A stretch of DNA of 58,532 bases from Catajapyx aquilonaris (lineage: Eukaryota). A program made the position numbers and the translations under genes. Numbering within the stretch: position 1 is the first letter of the stretch; each line of letters begins with the position of its first letter. The DNA is taken from NCBI GenBank assembly GCA_000934665.2, contig JYFJ02002352.1:1-58532 (forward strand). The letters run 5' to 3'. Of the stretch, positions 25,634-38,366 are shown piece by piece. Under the pieces are notes generated by a model. The model was not told the DNA's origin. It worked only from the letters and a program-made list of their open reading frames with translations, and searched no databases.

Positions 25634-28297
25634 ATGTGTGCCAGATTTGCTGCCACCGTCGTGGTGGCATCACTCACATTGCTGAAGATTATTCAGGGTT
25701 GTGAGTTCGACTTCGTGGTCGTGGGTGGTGGGTCAGCAGGGGCTGTGGTGGCCAACCGTCTTTCGGAGGTCCCAAGATGGAGGGTGCTGTTGGTGGAGGC
25801 AGGTGGAACACCACCTTCCATCTCGGAGGTCCCTTATTTGGCCAATTCGCTCCAAAAAACCAATATAGACTGGCAATATTACACCGAACCAGATGGAGTC
25901 ACCTGCCTCTCTATGGAGAAAGGAGCATCGTTTTGGCCTCGAGGCAAAGTCCTCGGAGGAAGTAGTGTCCTCAACGCCATGCAATACGTGCGTGGAAATC
26001 CCAAGGATTACGACATGTGGGAATCCCTTGGAAATCCAGGATGGGACTACGAGTCTGTTCTGCCTTACTTCAAGAAGTCCGAAGACTTCCGAGACGGAGA
26101 AGCTTATCCGGAGAAGGATCTGTACCATGGTGAAGGTGGTGATTTGACTGTGCAAGCAGATAGATTCCACACCAATATGCGCGATATCATTTTGGAAGGT
26201 GCGAAAGAGATGGGATATCCCACAGGAGATTGTAATGGAAATAGTCAGGCCAGATTCATGCCACTTCAGAGTACTACGAGAGATGGTAGGAGGTGCAGTA
26301 CCTACAAATCTTTTCTGAACTCAGCTCGATGGAGAGAAAATATTCATGTCGTAACTCACGCCTCGGTGACTAAGATTTTAATTAATGGTGAGGCCACCCA
26401 AAAAATCAGTGATATTCTTTAACTATTATTATTATTTTTGACATTGCAGGGAGTAAAGCAGCCTACGGTGTTGAATTCGAGAAAGATAACGTGCTTCATC
26501 TGGTGACAGCAAAGAAGGAAATTATTTTGAGTGCGGGAGCAATCGGGTCACCACAGTTACTCATGCTGTCAGGCGTGGGTCCAAAGCAGCACTTGGAAGA
26601 TGTTGGTGTTCCCTTCGTCCACGACCTTCCAGGTGTAGGGAAAAACTTACAGGACCATGTAACCAGTATGATGGTCTTCACGGCTAAAACTGATGGTCAT
26701 CTCGACACTTCGTATGCTTTTCGTCCTGACAATGTCTTGGTAAGAAAATTAAGCAAACCCTAATTCAGTATAATACAACCTGTGTGTAAGTAGTTCTACT
26801 TGTACAATGCAACTTCTCTCAACAATGCATCGATATTTCATTATAAGATTTACATCATACTTACGTAACATGTCTTTTGCTACTTTCGCCCTTCCTGAAA
26901 ACAAGTTAAAATGACATTAGATAAAAACACATTATTTCGACCCTGCTTGCAACGTGAAAGCGAACTAAACTGATGCAAGGGTTTTTTTCACTGTACCTTG
27001 TTTAGAATAATATATTATGCGTGATAGTCTGATTACACGTTTCCCATGAAAATAATATCAATTCGTATATAATTTTTAATTACCCTTACTAACTGTAGTA
27101 TATAACCAACACTGGAAATTTCAATGTAAACAGTGGCCGGAATCACGATATAGCCTACTGCAGAGAATTTAACAGGTCATGGGTGACAAAATAAAGCTGC
27201 ACGTAAAGTCTGTGTCATAAAAAGTGACTGCATAATGCCTCGTTGTACAGTAGGTTACTGTACTACCAGGACAATGGTGAGAGAAAGTAGAGCAACAACT
27301 TGACTTAACAAACACCCTTGCCCACCTCGTTTTATGAATATCAAGGTGCCTCACTTACTGTGCACCATATTGACCTAACTATTCGAAATTACCTTCGCAG
27401 TTGGATACAACTCTTGTTAGTGTCTAATATTCTAACAACACTCTCTTCATTTTTCAGGCATGGACGTTCAACAGGCCCAGCCCTCTATCCGTTCCTGCTG
27501 CTGTGGAAGTAATTGGTTTCATGAACACAAAATACAGTAATTCCTCGAATGAATGGCCTGACATGCAACTAATTGAAATCAGCATGTCAAGTCTGACTGA
27601 TCCTACTTCAACTATAAATCCACCATTTTCTCTAACCAGAAAGGACTTTCAGTCAGTTTTCCATGACGCTTTAGGTCGGCGAAGCTTCACGATATTCCCC
27701 ATAAACTTACGTCCGAAAAGCAGAGGTTTCATCCAGTTGAGAAGTTCTGATCCCGAGGAACATCCAGCCATATATCCCAACTACCTCGGAGATGAGCAGG
27801 ATTTGAAGGTCCTGATCGAGGGGTGCCGGCTTGCCTACGACCTCTCTAGAACACAATCCCTGCAACAGGTCAACGCTGAATTCTGGAAGAAGCCCTACCC
27901 TGGCTGCGAGGAATTCGAATTTGGAGACGGGTCAGGCACCGACGAGTACTGGACCTGCATGTTGAGGCACATGACCATGACCCTCTACCATCCTGTGGGC
28001 ACCTGCAAGATGGGGCCTAGCCCATCTGAGGGTGCAGTGGTTGACCCCAGGCTGAGGGTGCATGGGGTCAAGGGTCTGCGAGTGGTGGATGCTTCCATCA
28101 TGCCGATGATAACGAGCGGAAACACCAATGCCCCAACCATCATGATCGGAGAGAAAGCATCGGACATGATCAAGGAGGACTGGAACGATATTTTTGGACA
28201 AGAAAAGGACTCAAGCGTTTTTTGTCCTGTAACATCGGCGTTAGAAAAGGTACTATTATTTTCATTGGATGAAGGAGGCTATATCGATGTAGCGTGA
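25634..28297 (+). CDS. GMC oxidoreductase 4, ~627 aa; exons 25634-26387, 26450-26739, 27458-28297
   Basis: [29 protein letters not shown]; signal peptide; same intron positions. Confidence 0.95.
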
Positions 28298-29071
28298 CTT
28301 ACTGCACTAATGTTTAGCAATTAAATGCATTTTTTTACTAATCCAAGTGATAAATTATCAGTTTTACAAGAATACAAGGCTTCTTTTGAAACATTATTAT
28401 ATTTTACACTGATTAATTGTGTAAACTTCAAATGGTTTAAATGGTAGTTCAATGTATATCAAGTTACTATTAGTTTTAAGTATTATTATGAACGACAACT
28501 TATGATTTGTTGACAAGACAGTGAATGCCTAAGTGAATTCGGTGCCGAAAATCATGCAGGATTGTTTATCTGCACAGTAATAATGATATCGGATAAGGTG
28601 TAGATAATAGTAATATAGTCAATTAATTTATCATCATTTATTACATTATTTTATATTGTGTTATTGTTTAAATGTAAATAAGGAGTATTTGACGTTGTAG
28701 TGCAATGATTGTATCTGTCAGTAAATTCTTGATTTAGTCGCAAATACACTCTTACCGTAACTTATTCTGAGAAGATAAATGTTGCAGAAAATAAAATACA
28801 CGTACGTTACCCTTACTTGGAATAAGGGCCAAGTAATTTTATACTCAATTAGTCACTAATTTATGTAGGTCATTAGTGACTTTTCATATGAAATTATTCG
28901 GGCGTACAACACCATTCCCATATTTCCGTGTTCTGTGTGGGTGTATCGAAACTATTGCAGATAATATATTTCCACTGTATTGATCTCCTGACTTGTAATT
29001 TATATGAAACAGTGTATAACATTTACTGTATGCCACTATAGTATAAATACATCTGCTCTAATTTTCTCGAA

Positions 29072-31852
29072 TCATGGTATATAATCCGTTTTCCCTCTGA
29101 CAAAATCGTCCATCCACGACCGCGTTTTGAGCTTGTTCGTGCGTTTCTGATTATATAGTTTCTCCAACATGAAAGTAAGAAAAGACATGATATACCCTAA
29201 AAATAAAAAGTAGAAGACCCCTTCTAATCTGGTCACAGAGAAGGCATCCAGATCTGGCCCAAGTTGCAGACCCTGCTCCCTCAGCTTTCTTAGAGACTCC
29301 ATTGTCACATGCAGTTCCATGGCACGATCCCACTTGTATCTGAGGCCACTGGCCACATAGTTGGACACCCAGAAGGTAAAACTGGTCGTCAGGATGTTGT
29401 GTTTGGACAGGAGGATGGCCAGTGGGATTCGAGGGGTCATGTCAGGAGAAATCTGCAGCCGACTTTGACCCTTCTTGTTCAGCATGGCCCTAGCCCGTGG
29501 CTCGTTGGTGGACCATCGGAAAAGACACACAATGTCGTCGTCCAGGCATCGCTCAAAGCATTCGTCCAGATCATCGGTTATTTCCATCTTGTTGAATAAG
29601 GGCGTGTATATTTCTCTGTCCTCCAAGTAGATCTGGAAGGTCAAAATACTGCGTGTATAATGAGGCGCGCTGAATAATGAAGAGATGTAATAGTCTCTCG
29701 TGACATTTGGGCAGGCAGAAGGCACTGACGCTGAACGAGATTACTTTGTCAAAGTAAACTACTAATGATCACGCCAAAGTTCGTTCTAGTTTTTCTCATC
29801 GATAAAATATAACACTGACCTCTCTTATTGCAACATTGTCGGAGATAACGGCCCATTTATTAAGGGGGTATTACTCTCATGTCTCACCTTTTATCGCTAT
29901 TGAGCAATTAGAGCAACAAGGTTTATACCATACTTTGAATACTGACGCAAATTATGGTATAAATGTTTAGTTACTGTGACCTCTATGTTACGTTTTTTTT
30001 AGGTTTTATTATTTTGAAACCAACGTGCACAAATTTTATGGTGTATACCTTCTAGGAAAAAATGAAGAAACCCGTTCAGGATGTAAAGAAGGCAAGAGTT
30101 CTTTAAAGAAAGTTCATATCATATTTTTAAATGTGAGTTTACAGTGGCGGATAAATCATATAGGTGCCGATTGTTTGTGTTATGTGTTTTGGATCAAAGA
30201 GAGACAGCTCTATAAGGCGCGGTGCTTGCCGGGGTAAAGTCAGTTTCTTCCACTATAAGTACTATAGGTATACGCAAGGTATACGTATACACTTGCAAAA
30301 TATTACACTTAACATGCTAGGAGTTTTAAGAAAATCTGCGACTTACTTCCAAGATGTACTTGACCATACTCTCAGTCTTCGCCGGAAATGGACTGGCGAG
30401 CAATTCCCTGATGTTTTGAGGCAGGGTCTCGGTTGGTGGAGACGTCAGAAGATTGAACAGAGTGGTCTTGTAAGCAGTTCCCAGAACGATTGATGCAAAT
30501 AGCCAGAAGCACAAAAATATTCTTGGTGAAGTTTTGTACGTCATGTAGACTGGAAACTGCTCCAGAAGTGAGTCCAAAATGTACTGGAAGGAATAGGAAA
30601 GCAGGGCCAGGAAGGACTGGTACGCTCCTTTTTCCTGCATCTGAATCGGGTCATTTGGTGATGCTACCAGGAAGAAAGTTAACGTGGACATACAGAAGAG
30701 GCTTAGTATCCCAACCAACATCCAAATCACGGGCTGGAAGGGACGGACAAACACGTCCGGAGAGAGGAGCTTCCGAGGTACCCGTGTGGCCATACCAGCG
30801 TAGTCCAGCTTGTAAAATGACGTCTGATCGGTCAGGCCAAAGCTGGCCAAGGTGATCACACTCTCTGGAATAAATGTGTGCTTCCGAAGGGCTAGGTCCA
30901 AGTTCATTTGAATCATGAGCTTTGGCTCAGAACAGTCATCATCACACTTCGGGCTCTCCAGCTCCCAACGGAAGTTGAGTGCTTGACCCACAAAGCATAA
31001 GTGCCGTACACGCTGCACATCTAGGGTATTGGTGGCGCACTGCTCCGAGGACAACTTCATTGGGTACACCGAATTCAAAGTGACGTCTTGAAGATTGAAA
31101 GTTGTATCTGGCCACAGTTCTTCCCTTCCACTGCGTTTGGATTGTATAAAATAAGGCCTGAAGAAGAAAGCCTCTGGTTTTCCCATGTTGCAATACCAGC
31201 AAGAGGACTGGATCAAAACTGCCCCCTTGTTGTCTGGTAAGATATCAGGAGTAAGAGCCAGCTTGAACTTGAAACGCGTCGCTGGAACAGAGAACAGGTA
31301 GGACTCTGGGGTCGGGGCATCTCGGATCCAAATTATGAACCTGCTGAGGGCCTTCTTGTACATAACACTGCTTTCGATGCCGTTCAGAAACTCATCAATT
31401 TTGATAAAGTTGTGCATGCAAGTCGACACGAAGAACACAGTGCAGTCCGGCAGCTGATGCTTCTCGCCCGCCTTTGGCCTGTCGACGCCCCCTGTCTCGT
31501 TGTGCAGCATCCCCGGTCCGGAGCAGTTCCACTTGGCCCGTTCCTCCTCGCTGACCACGTGGATCAGAGATGCCCGAGGTTGAGCTGTGACCTGCTGAAG
31601 CAATCGCCTCATAGGACCAGGCATTGGTGGCTCCGACTCGTACGTGATGACCAGGGGGCACTCTGCTGGTAGGCTGCGATGTATTATGTGGGCGGCTGCT
31701 TCGGATACAGCATCTGAGGCCAGGTCAGATGCAGGGTCGTCACCCATTGATTGACGGACATCTAGCCACGACCCAATGCATTTGGTCTGATCGCTAAGGG
31801 CGTGCCAAACTGCAACACAGATTGCGAGTGAGGCAAGCATAGTGGTAGACAC
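29072..31852 (-). CDS. Divergent ionotropic receptor (IR, variant iGluR chemoreceptor), ~688 aa; exons 31852-30347 and 29632-29072
   Basis: Signal peptide; VRPFQPVIW before M1; LLEQ pore segment; RIFLCFWLFASIVLGTAYKTTLFNLLTSP; ASGLRYKW; LEGVFYFLFLGYIMSFLTFMLE; phase-0 intron GAA|GTAAGT...TTCCAG|ATC. Confidence 0.88.
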
Positions 31853-33010
31853 TGTGCGTGTACGACCGGCGCGGCGTGGCGCAGGGTTTTATATATACGC
31901 ATGATATTTATGACAAGTGTAATCCACGGTTGTTGCACATAAGTTGGTGGAACTTCATTCGGCCGGAACTCATAGCCCACCACTACAGTTGTGGGTTTTA
32001 GGGCCAAATAATTATTATGGCTTGAGAATTATTTATAATAATTTTGTGTCAATTTGGCTGACTAGCTAGGTAGAGCAGCTTATACAGTAAAGAGGCACAC
32101 TCTAGGATAGCCGTGTACAGTGTGATACTTTTTGTCTCTAAATGCAATCGATTCTCCCAATATGACAAGGGCACATGTCTAGGTTGAAGCAATGTGGACA
32201 TGGGCACTTGTTCCATATTGGGTGATTTAATCATATTGTTTAACGACTTGACGCTCAGAAATTGAGTAAAAATAATTGCCATCATATATTCATAATGGTT
32301 GCATTTAATGAAGTTTCATTAACATGCAAGAAAATGTTTAGAAAGATGATAGTATATTCTGCTTTTATGTGCCATTCACAAAAGAAACTAATGGGCCTAT
32401 CCACAATACCACAGCCGACCACAGCAGCATATATGTCGGACCGTGTAGTCTGGACAAAGGAGAACTTACCCATTGAGTATCAGTATACCCTTATTACCCT
32501 ATAAAGACGTACTAGTTATTTTTATAATAAATTAACCTGCCCCATATAGCCTAAGTAATAAGTTACATCCCCGTGGTCCGAAATAACGAACCAAGCGGAC
32601 AAAGCTTACATTGGGACGCTTAAGCAACGAGCCAGGGGTGTCCTGAAATGCTGAATAATATTTATATTTCCCAGTTAACCATTAATTAAGTTACTAAGTA
32701 GAAACTGACAAACTTCCCTCATTGTCCCACTATGACGATGTACAAGTAATATTATTGCCTCATGTATGCTGTCAATGTGTTATTGCGACAACCAAGGCAA
32801 TGCAGCCTAATGAATGAATGGCTCTGACGCAACCCAGGAGAGTGGTATTCTGCGAAGCCAATGGAAGTCATGTGATTTGGACAAAATTAGCCTTTCCCCT
32901 CTCTGCTACGTGTTGGTGCTGCTGCGGAGTATCCTCACTGCACCTGATGAGTGCTTGGTGATCAGGCTGATAACTAGGCGCCACCGGACAAAATTCCTTG
33001 GCTACAAGTG

Positions 33011-34340
33011 ATGTTCACGGCTTTACTTTTTGTCACAGTCTTCAGCTGGACAAGTGCCCAACAGTACCGTAAGTAAGCTGTACTTATAACTGCTCAGTTC
33101 GGTTAAACAAGACAGTGGCATCTTATAACCGCACTACACTACAATGATTTTTTTTTTGCATTTTAGATACTATCAGTACTGATTCCGCGTTTTGTCTTTC
33201 AAGTGAAGACAGTAAAAATAACAGTAGAGATGCTTTTTATATAAAGCCTCAGATCAAAGGATATCATTATATGATCACGTATGAAGGCGTTACCTCCTCG
33301 AAGATTCCTGAAACAGTGTGTATATTTAAAGTCTCTACTTGGATGTCATATGGAATATTGGCAACACTTCATAAAATGTCACTGACAGAAGATATAAACG
33401 GAACTTGCTCGGATTACATAAAGGCAGGTGCATATTTTAGACATACAGCCTCGACTCTAGAGAGTAAACATTTATATAAACTGTTACAGTTTTCAGACAA
33501 AGAAGGCCTCATTAGTGACGAGCTATGTGGAAATAACATCGATAAAAACTCTGCCATATTAGGCAATTCTTACTTTACGAGGTCTAACACCATGTAGTAC
33601 ATAGCGCTGGAAACTGCCGGAAGCAATACAGAGTACAATGTAACACGTCATATGAGCTTCCAAATGTCTTTTGTGGTTTTTAAAAGTGAGTAGGCTACTT
33701 TTACACTATTCAGGTGTCACGGCTATTCGTATCTTTACCTGTTGCAGATTGCACTCATGTAGGCCTATATGAATCATTTTGGAAAAGGTGTCCAATGACA
33801 GACATATGCTTGTATAAAAATATGTTCTGCGACAGAATTATTTACTGTCCCACTTATGACAGGAAATTATGCAATCAGCCATCAGAAACAAGTGAGTAAT
33901 TTTTATTGGAGCCATGTAGCTTCCTGAGCACTTATTGTTATTCTTACAATATATCCTTATTTCCAGTCCATACCAGAACGCCGACAGATAACAAGCCTCC
34001 TAAAACACGTGTCGATAAAGGTCCACTCACTTCAACGTTGCTGTTGTGCATCACGATTCCCACATGTTCCCTCTTGCTAGTAGGCGGATTATTGGCATAT
34101 TACATGAATAAAAAACCAGGGTGCCACAATCTTGAAGACAGGCATAGCTCGGAAATGAGTGACAATTTTGTTAATCGCCACCGAGACATTTCTAACCATG
34201 ATGGACACATAGACCCGACTTCAAGGGAATTCCCTATCGTGATTACACGTAATCCTAATAATTTATTACGAGTAAGAGAAGAGGAACGTCGCTTCTCCTA
34301 CGTGTTTCAATTGCTCTGCAAAAACACATCTAACTGGTAA
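33011..34340 (+). pseudogene. CUB-like/LDLa/TM family copy 3, probable pseudogene; exons 33011-33068, 33167-33423 (or 33427), 33490 (or 33497)-33685, 33748-33891, 33967-34340
   Basis: Same exon layout as copy 2; in-frame TAG at 33595-33597; LDLa eroded (FCDRIIYCP); no terminal PPxY. Confidence 0.75.
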
Positions 34341-34729
34341 TCATTTTAATGCAAAGTCTGGAGAGACTGAGGTCACTTATTCAAACGAGGCGGGTCACCA
34401 GCTGGCGCCACGTGCTGGTAAAAATTGCGGCATCTGGTTGCATTCATGCACAGCAGGTGCACAAGGCATTCCCTTGATCCCTTCCCTGTGTTGCCCTGCC
34501 TGGGGGCAAAAAGAACTAAGGAAGTGCCTGGCTGCAGAGGGGAAATCCATCGCAGGTCCAAGAAAAAAGGAGAGAGAGATATGAGGGGGCGGTGAGCCAT
34601 ATTCAGCTGACCATGTGCACGTGACTTGTGTACCACTTGAGGCCTCCGTGGTGTGTCTGCTGACTGACTGACTGACCACAACCCTTTGTCTCCAATGAGA
34701 GTCAGCTGGGACCAAGGGTGTTGCACAAC

Positions 34730-37700
34730 ATGCTGCCAACCATGCACTGTGCCACTCTCATACTGCTGCACGTGGGCCTCATCACCACGCTGGTGACCAC
34801 CCATGTGCGGGCCTACTGGTTCTGTGAGTAGCCGCACATGCATACCTACTTGCCACATGTTGATAGCTCGCTTTTGCAGACACTCTTGGAGGAAATGGAA
34901 TGGATTGCGACCCAGAGACAAGAGGGATGAAGTTGGTGCTGCAGTTGGACTCGGCCCTGATTCATGGGAGTTACGTCAAGATCAAAGGGACCGTGCCTGC
35001 AGCGTCAGGGCCCAGGACTGTATGCAGCTTCTCGGTGGAGCCACCGCCTGGATATAGGGTGCTGGTCACGGTGCAAAAAATGTTCCTGGTTGCGTGGCAT
35101 GATGGTTCTTGCGAGGAGTCTGTTGAGGTATAGAGAAGTATTGTATTTATTGATATGAGCATTTTTATCAGAATTTGAAGGATAGAGACGGCCAGTGACT
35201 TTTTAAAACCCTCCTCCTCCCAATACAGTGTTTGTGCTAGCCCTGCTAAACATGGGCATGACGGATGTGGCCATTCCTGTACTAGACACATGCCAAAATA
35301 CAAGTAGCCACTCTTAGTGTACTCCTAGATGTAAGAAAAGTATTACTCAGTATTTTTTGTGGAAGAGCGCACAAGAAACATGTATGAGAAGTCATACTGG
35401 TACATGTTTTGTAGTTGCAGTTACAATGTGCCACACATGTACAAGTGAAATCATGGAAAGGTTAGGGAGCTTTTTAAATTTTGAATCTTTTTAATGTACC
35501 ATATGTCAGCAATTTTTTATTAAAGTCTAGGCAACAAAAGTCAGAGGCTGCCTGTATATGCTTTGCTGGTTGCTTTCCTTCACACCAGCCCTTCACACAG
35601 GGATGTATTACAGTGCCCACCTTTTTTGCTTGTAACTAGAAAATTCTGCAAGATGCAACTTGTAATTTTCACCAATGATTCCCCCCCCCCCCCCTACCAT
35701 TTACCTATTTTATTCATTATCCAGAATTCTAAAAACCAAAAATTTCCAAAATCCAAAAGGCATGATGAGCCACAAATGGAAAATCTCATACGAGTGTGAC
35801 ATGACTCGTACCAATACCTGTATTTGTACATACCGGTATTCAAAGTTATTCTAAATTAATATTAAAAACCCTCTACGGTTTATGTATAACCTCTATTATG
35901 AAATGCAGATTGATATCATATTTCGGCTTAGGTCATAACCAAATACTTTCCTATTTTGTAGTTGCAAATGTACAAATATTCCATACTACAAAAAAAAATA
36001 CAAAATCAGAAACATTTCCAGTCCCAAGCATTTTGGATAAAGGATTCTCAACCTGTACCATGTTTTATCAGATTAATGGTGAATATCTTGGACCACAGTA
36101 GAAAAATATGTACAATCAATCTGCCTTGCTTGCTTTTTTGTGCTAGACAAAACATATTATCACAATCAATAGGCCTATGTACTATCATACAATTGTGACA
36201 TATCCATTAGGTGATTAGGAGTTTTGTGTGCACTCATCTCAGGTTTGAAGAGCAATTGGAAGATATCCTCCTTTTACCAACTTTCTCAACTATAACTGTA
36301 GGCTCCTTTTGTACCAAAACCCATGTTTCTGGGTAAAATCCCATACAGGCAGGAAGTCGATCACAGTAAGGGTGGTCTGGTCTTGTAATGGTTAATGCCC
36401 CAGATTTCCATATCTGAGGTCCTAAGTTCAGCCATTAGATCAGGGCATAGATATCTCAAGTGCTATAGAGTTTTCAATGGTTCTTCTCAATATATGGGAA
36501 ACTTTTTTTGTCATGGCACCACTTTCATGAATTTTAAGCATCTCCCAAGACATTGTTATGGGGATCTAATTATGGTATCCTGATGAGAGAGTGTCATGCA
36601 TTCAGGTTGCGCATGCCTCTTTTAATGAACTTTTCTCAAGTTGACAGCAGTCATGCCCTTCTAGAAGAGACACTTTGGGCGGGTCAGCGCCATGTAACTC
36701 TGTGATGCCCACCAACCAAAACAGGTTGGCGCAGGGGGTATAAAGTGTGTATGGGTTTTCTGAGAGTCCTCTCCCCCTTTTTGTGACACCTTAAAATCTG
36801 CCCACAATGAATAGCAGTGGGCTAGTACAAAATGAAGTCCTTCATGTTTCTTGATCATATTGAGGACGTTCCTAAAAGCACCGGTGCACAGACCAATGCG
36901 CCCTGCCGGTTCCCCTCCGGTACGGCTACCAATGACGTCAGCTCTCGGATTAAGGGAACTTTTTTTTGGAACGCACCAGTAACAAAAATGGCGACCAACC
37001 GCAGAATTCGAACATGGAATTAGTCACCCTCTTTCGAAACATCTGCATAGCCTCACCTGAGCCGAAAATAGACATGCCAGGAGACAGAAATGGCTGCGGG
37101 TTGCAGACCACAGCTCATTAATACATCCTTTTCGGTGTTAAAACGCCCGAGGTAGGCCAGTTTCACATGCTCATACCCCATCTAATACCCAGTGCTGGGA
37201 GTCGCCATGTTAGATCGACCGGACGAACCATATCCCTCCGACCGTGCAAGCGGTTCCCTATTGGTGACATCATACATGACGTTGCCTCAGCTACAGGTCG
37301 GCGGACCAGAGAATTTAGAAACGGTTCTGGTCGCACTGGTTGGCTACCGGTGCGTTTAGGAACGTCCTCATAGTGTCCAGTAATTATTTCAACTGTCATT
37401 GCATAATTGTGAATATAAAATTAAGATCAATTTATGCCCAGTTTTCAGATGGAAGAAACTCCGTAAGTGGTGTTCTATGTGGAAGAAAGGATCAAGAGGA
37501 AATCAGAACTGCCAGGTATCCTTCTTGGATATATTCATTCAACACCTCAAGTACAATGCATGTGGACCTGGCAACAATAGGAGGTGTTTCTGCAGAAAAG
37601 ACTCGCAGAGATTTCAGCATCGAAATGGCATTTGTTGCATTCCAAGGTACGCTTGTTCTTAGGGAGTGTTTTTTTCCTCCATTCTTCTGGAGAGGCGAGA

Positions 37701-38366
37701 GTGATGACCACTGTGTCATCAGCTCTTCTCTCCAGCTCTCCCGACTTGGGATTTAGCCATGTTCTCTAATAAACTGTAGTACAGTTACAAAATTTTAAGA
37801 ACATGGGCATATATGTATACCTCATGTACTCTGCTTATATAGCTAGGTCCAAAGTACATGCACTCATTCAAATTCTACTTTCAGAATGTATGGGTTACAG
37901 CAGCCCTCCACCGGAATGGCAACGTTGCAGTGGAACGTATTTTTGTCTTCGAGAAAGCATGTTTTGTGATGGGATTGTGAACTGCCCTGCCACAATAGAA
38001 AGCAGGACAGATGAGTTTTACTGCAGAAAGGAAACCTTGCCAGAACTGATTCCTGATGTAACAATGCAAGTGCCATCACACAAGCCACAAAATAGGGGCT
38101 TACCACCTGACAAAATTGCTATATATACTATAATACCAATAATACTTGCAGTATTATTGCTAGGAATATTTGCTCACTGCAAGAGGGGAAGGCATACCAG
38201 TGATGCTGAGACTGTAATACCGGAGGCAGCAAATCGGGCCACACCGCCAACTGCTCTCTCAACAGATCCGCCTGAATACCACAGTGTAGTTGAAGGTGAC
38301 ATGCCTGCACTTGCCAGGAGGGAGTCTCTTCCACCGCGATATGAGACATTATTTCCCTCAAGTTAA
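34730..38366 (+). CDS. CUB-like/LDLa/TM/PPxY family copy 4, ~342 aa; exons 34730-34823, 34880-35127, 37442-37646, 37885-38366
   Basis: Signal peptide; CSFSVEPPPGYRVLVTVQKM; VLCG; FCDGIVNCP...TDEFYC; TM; PPEY and PPRYETLFPSS; frame open across GT-AG introns. Confidence 0.87.
35715..36055. mobile_element. Tigger/pogo-like non-autonomous fragment
   Basis: End GTCCCAAGCATTTTGGATAAAGGATTCTCAACCTG|TA resembles, from memory, Tigger4/MER46-type termini; left end eroded. Confidence 0.6.
36862..37369. mobile_element. MITE in intron 2 of copy 4
   Basis: TIRs GAGGACGTTCCTAAAAGCACCGGT / ACCGGTGCGTTTAGGAACGTCCTC; flanks atatt/atagt. Confidence 0.8.

Noticed and set aside
14141..28201. Recurrent antisense ORFs over the GMC genes
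   Set aside because: Shadows of the duplicated sense-strand coding sequence
34373..34921. 182-aa minus ORF
   Set aside because: Overlaps the GC-rich promoter and exon 1 of copy 4; no recognisable motif
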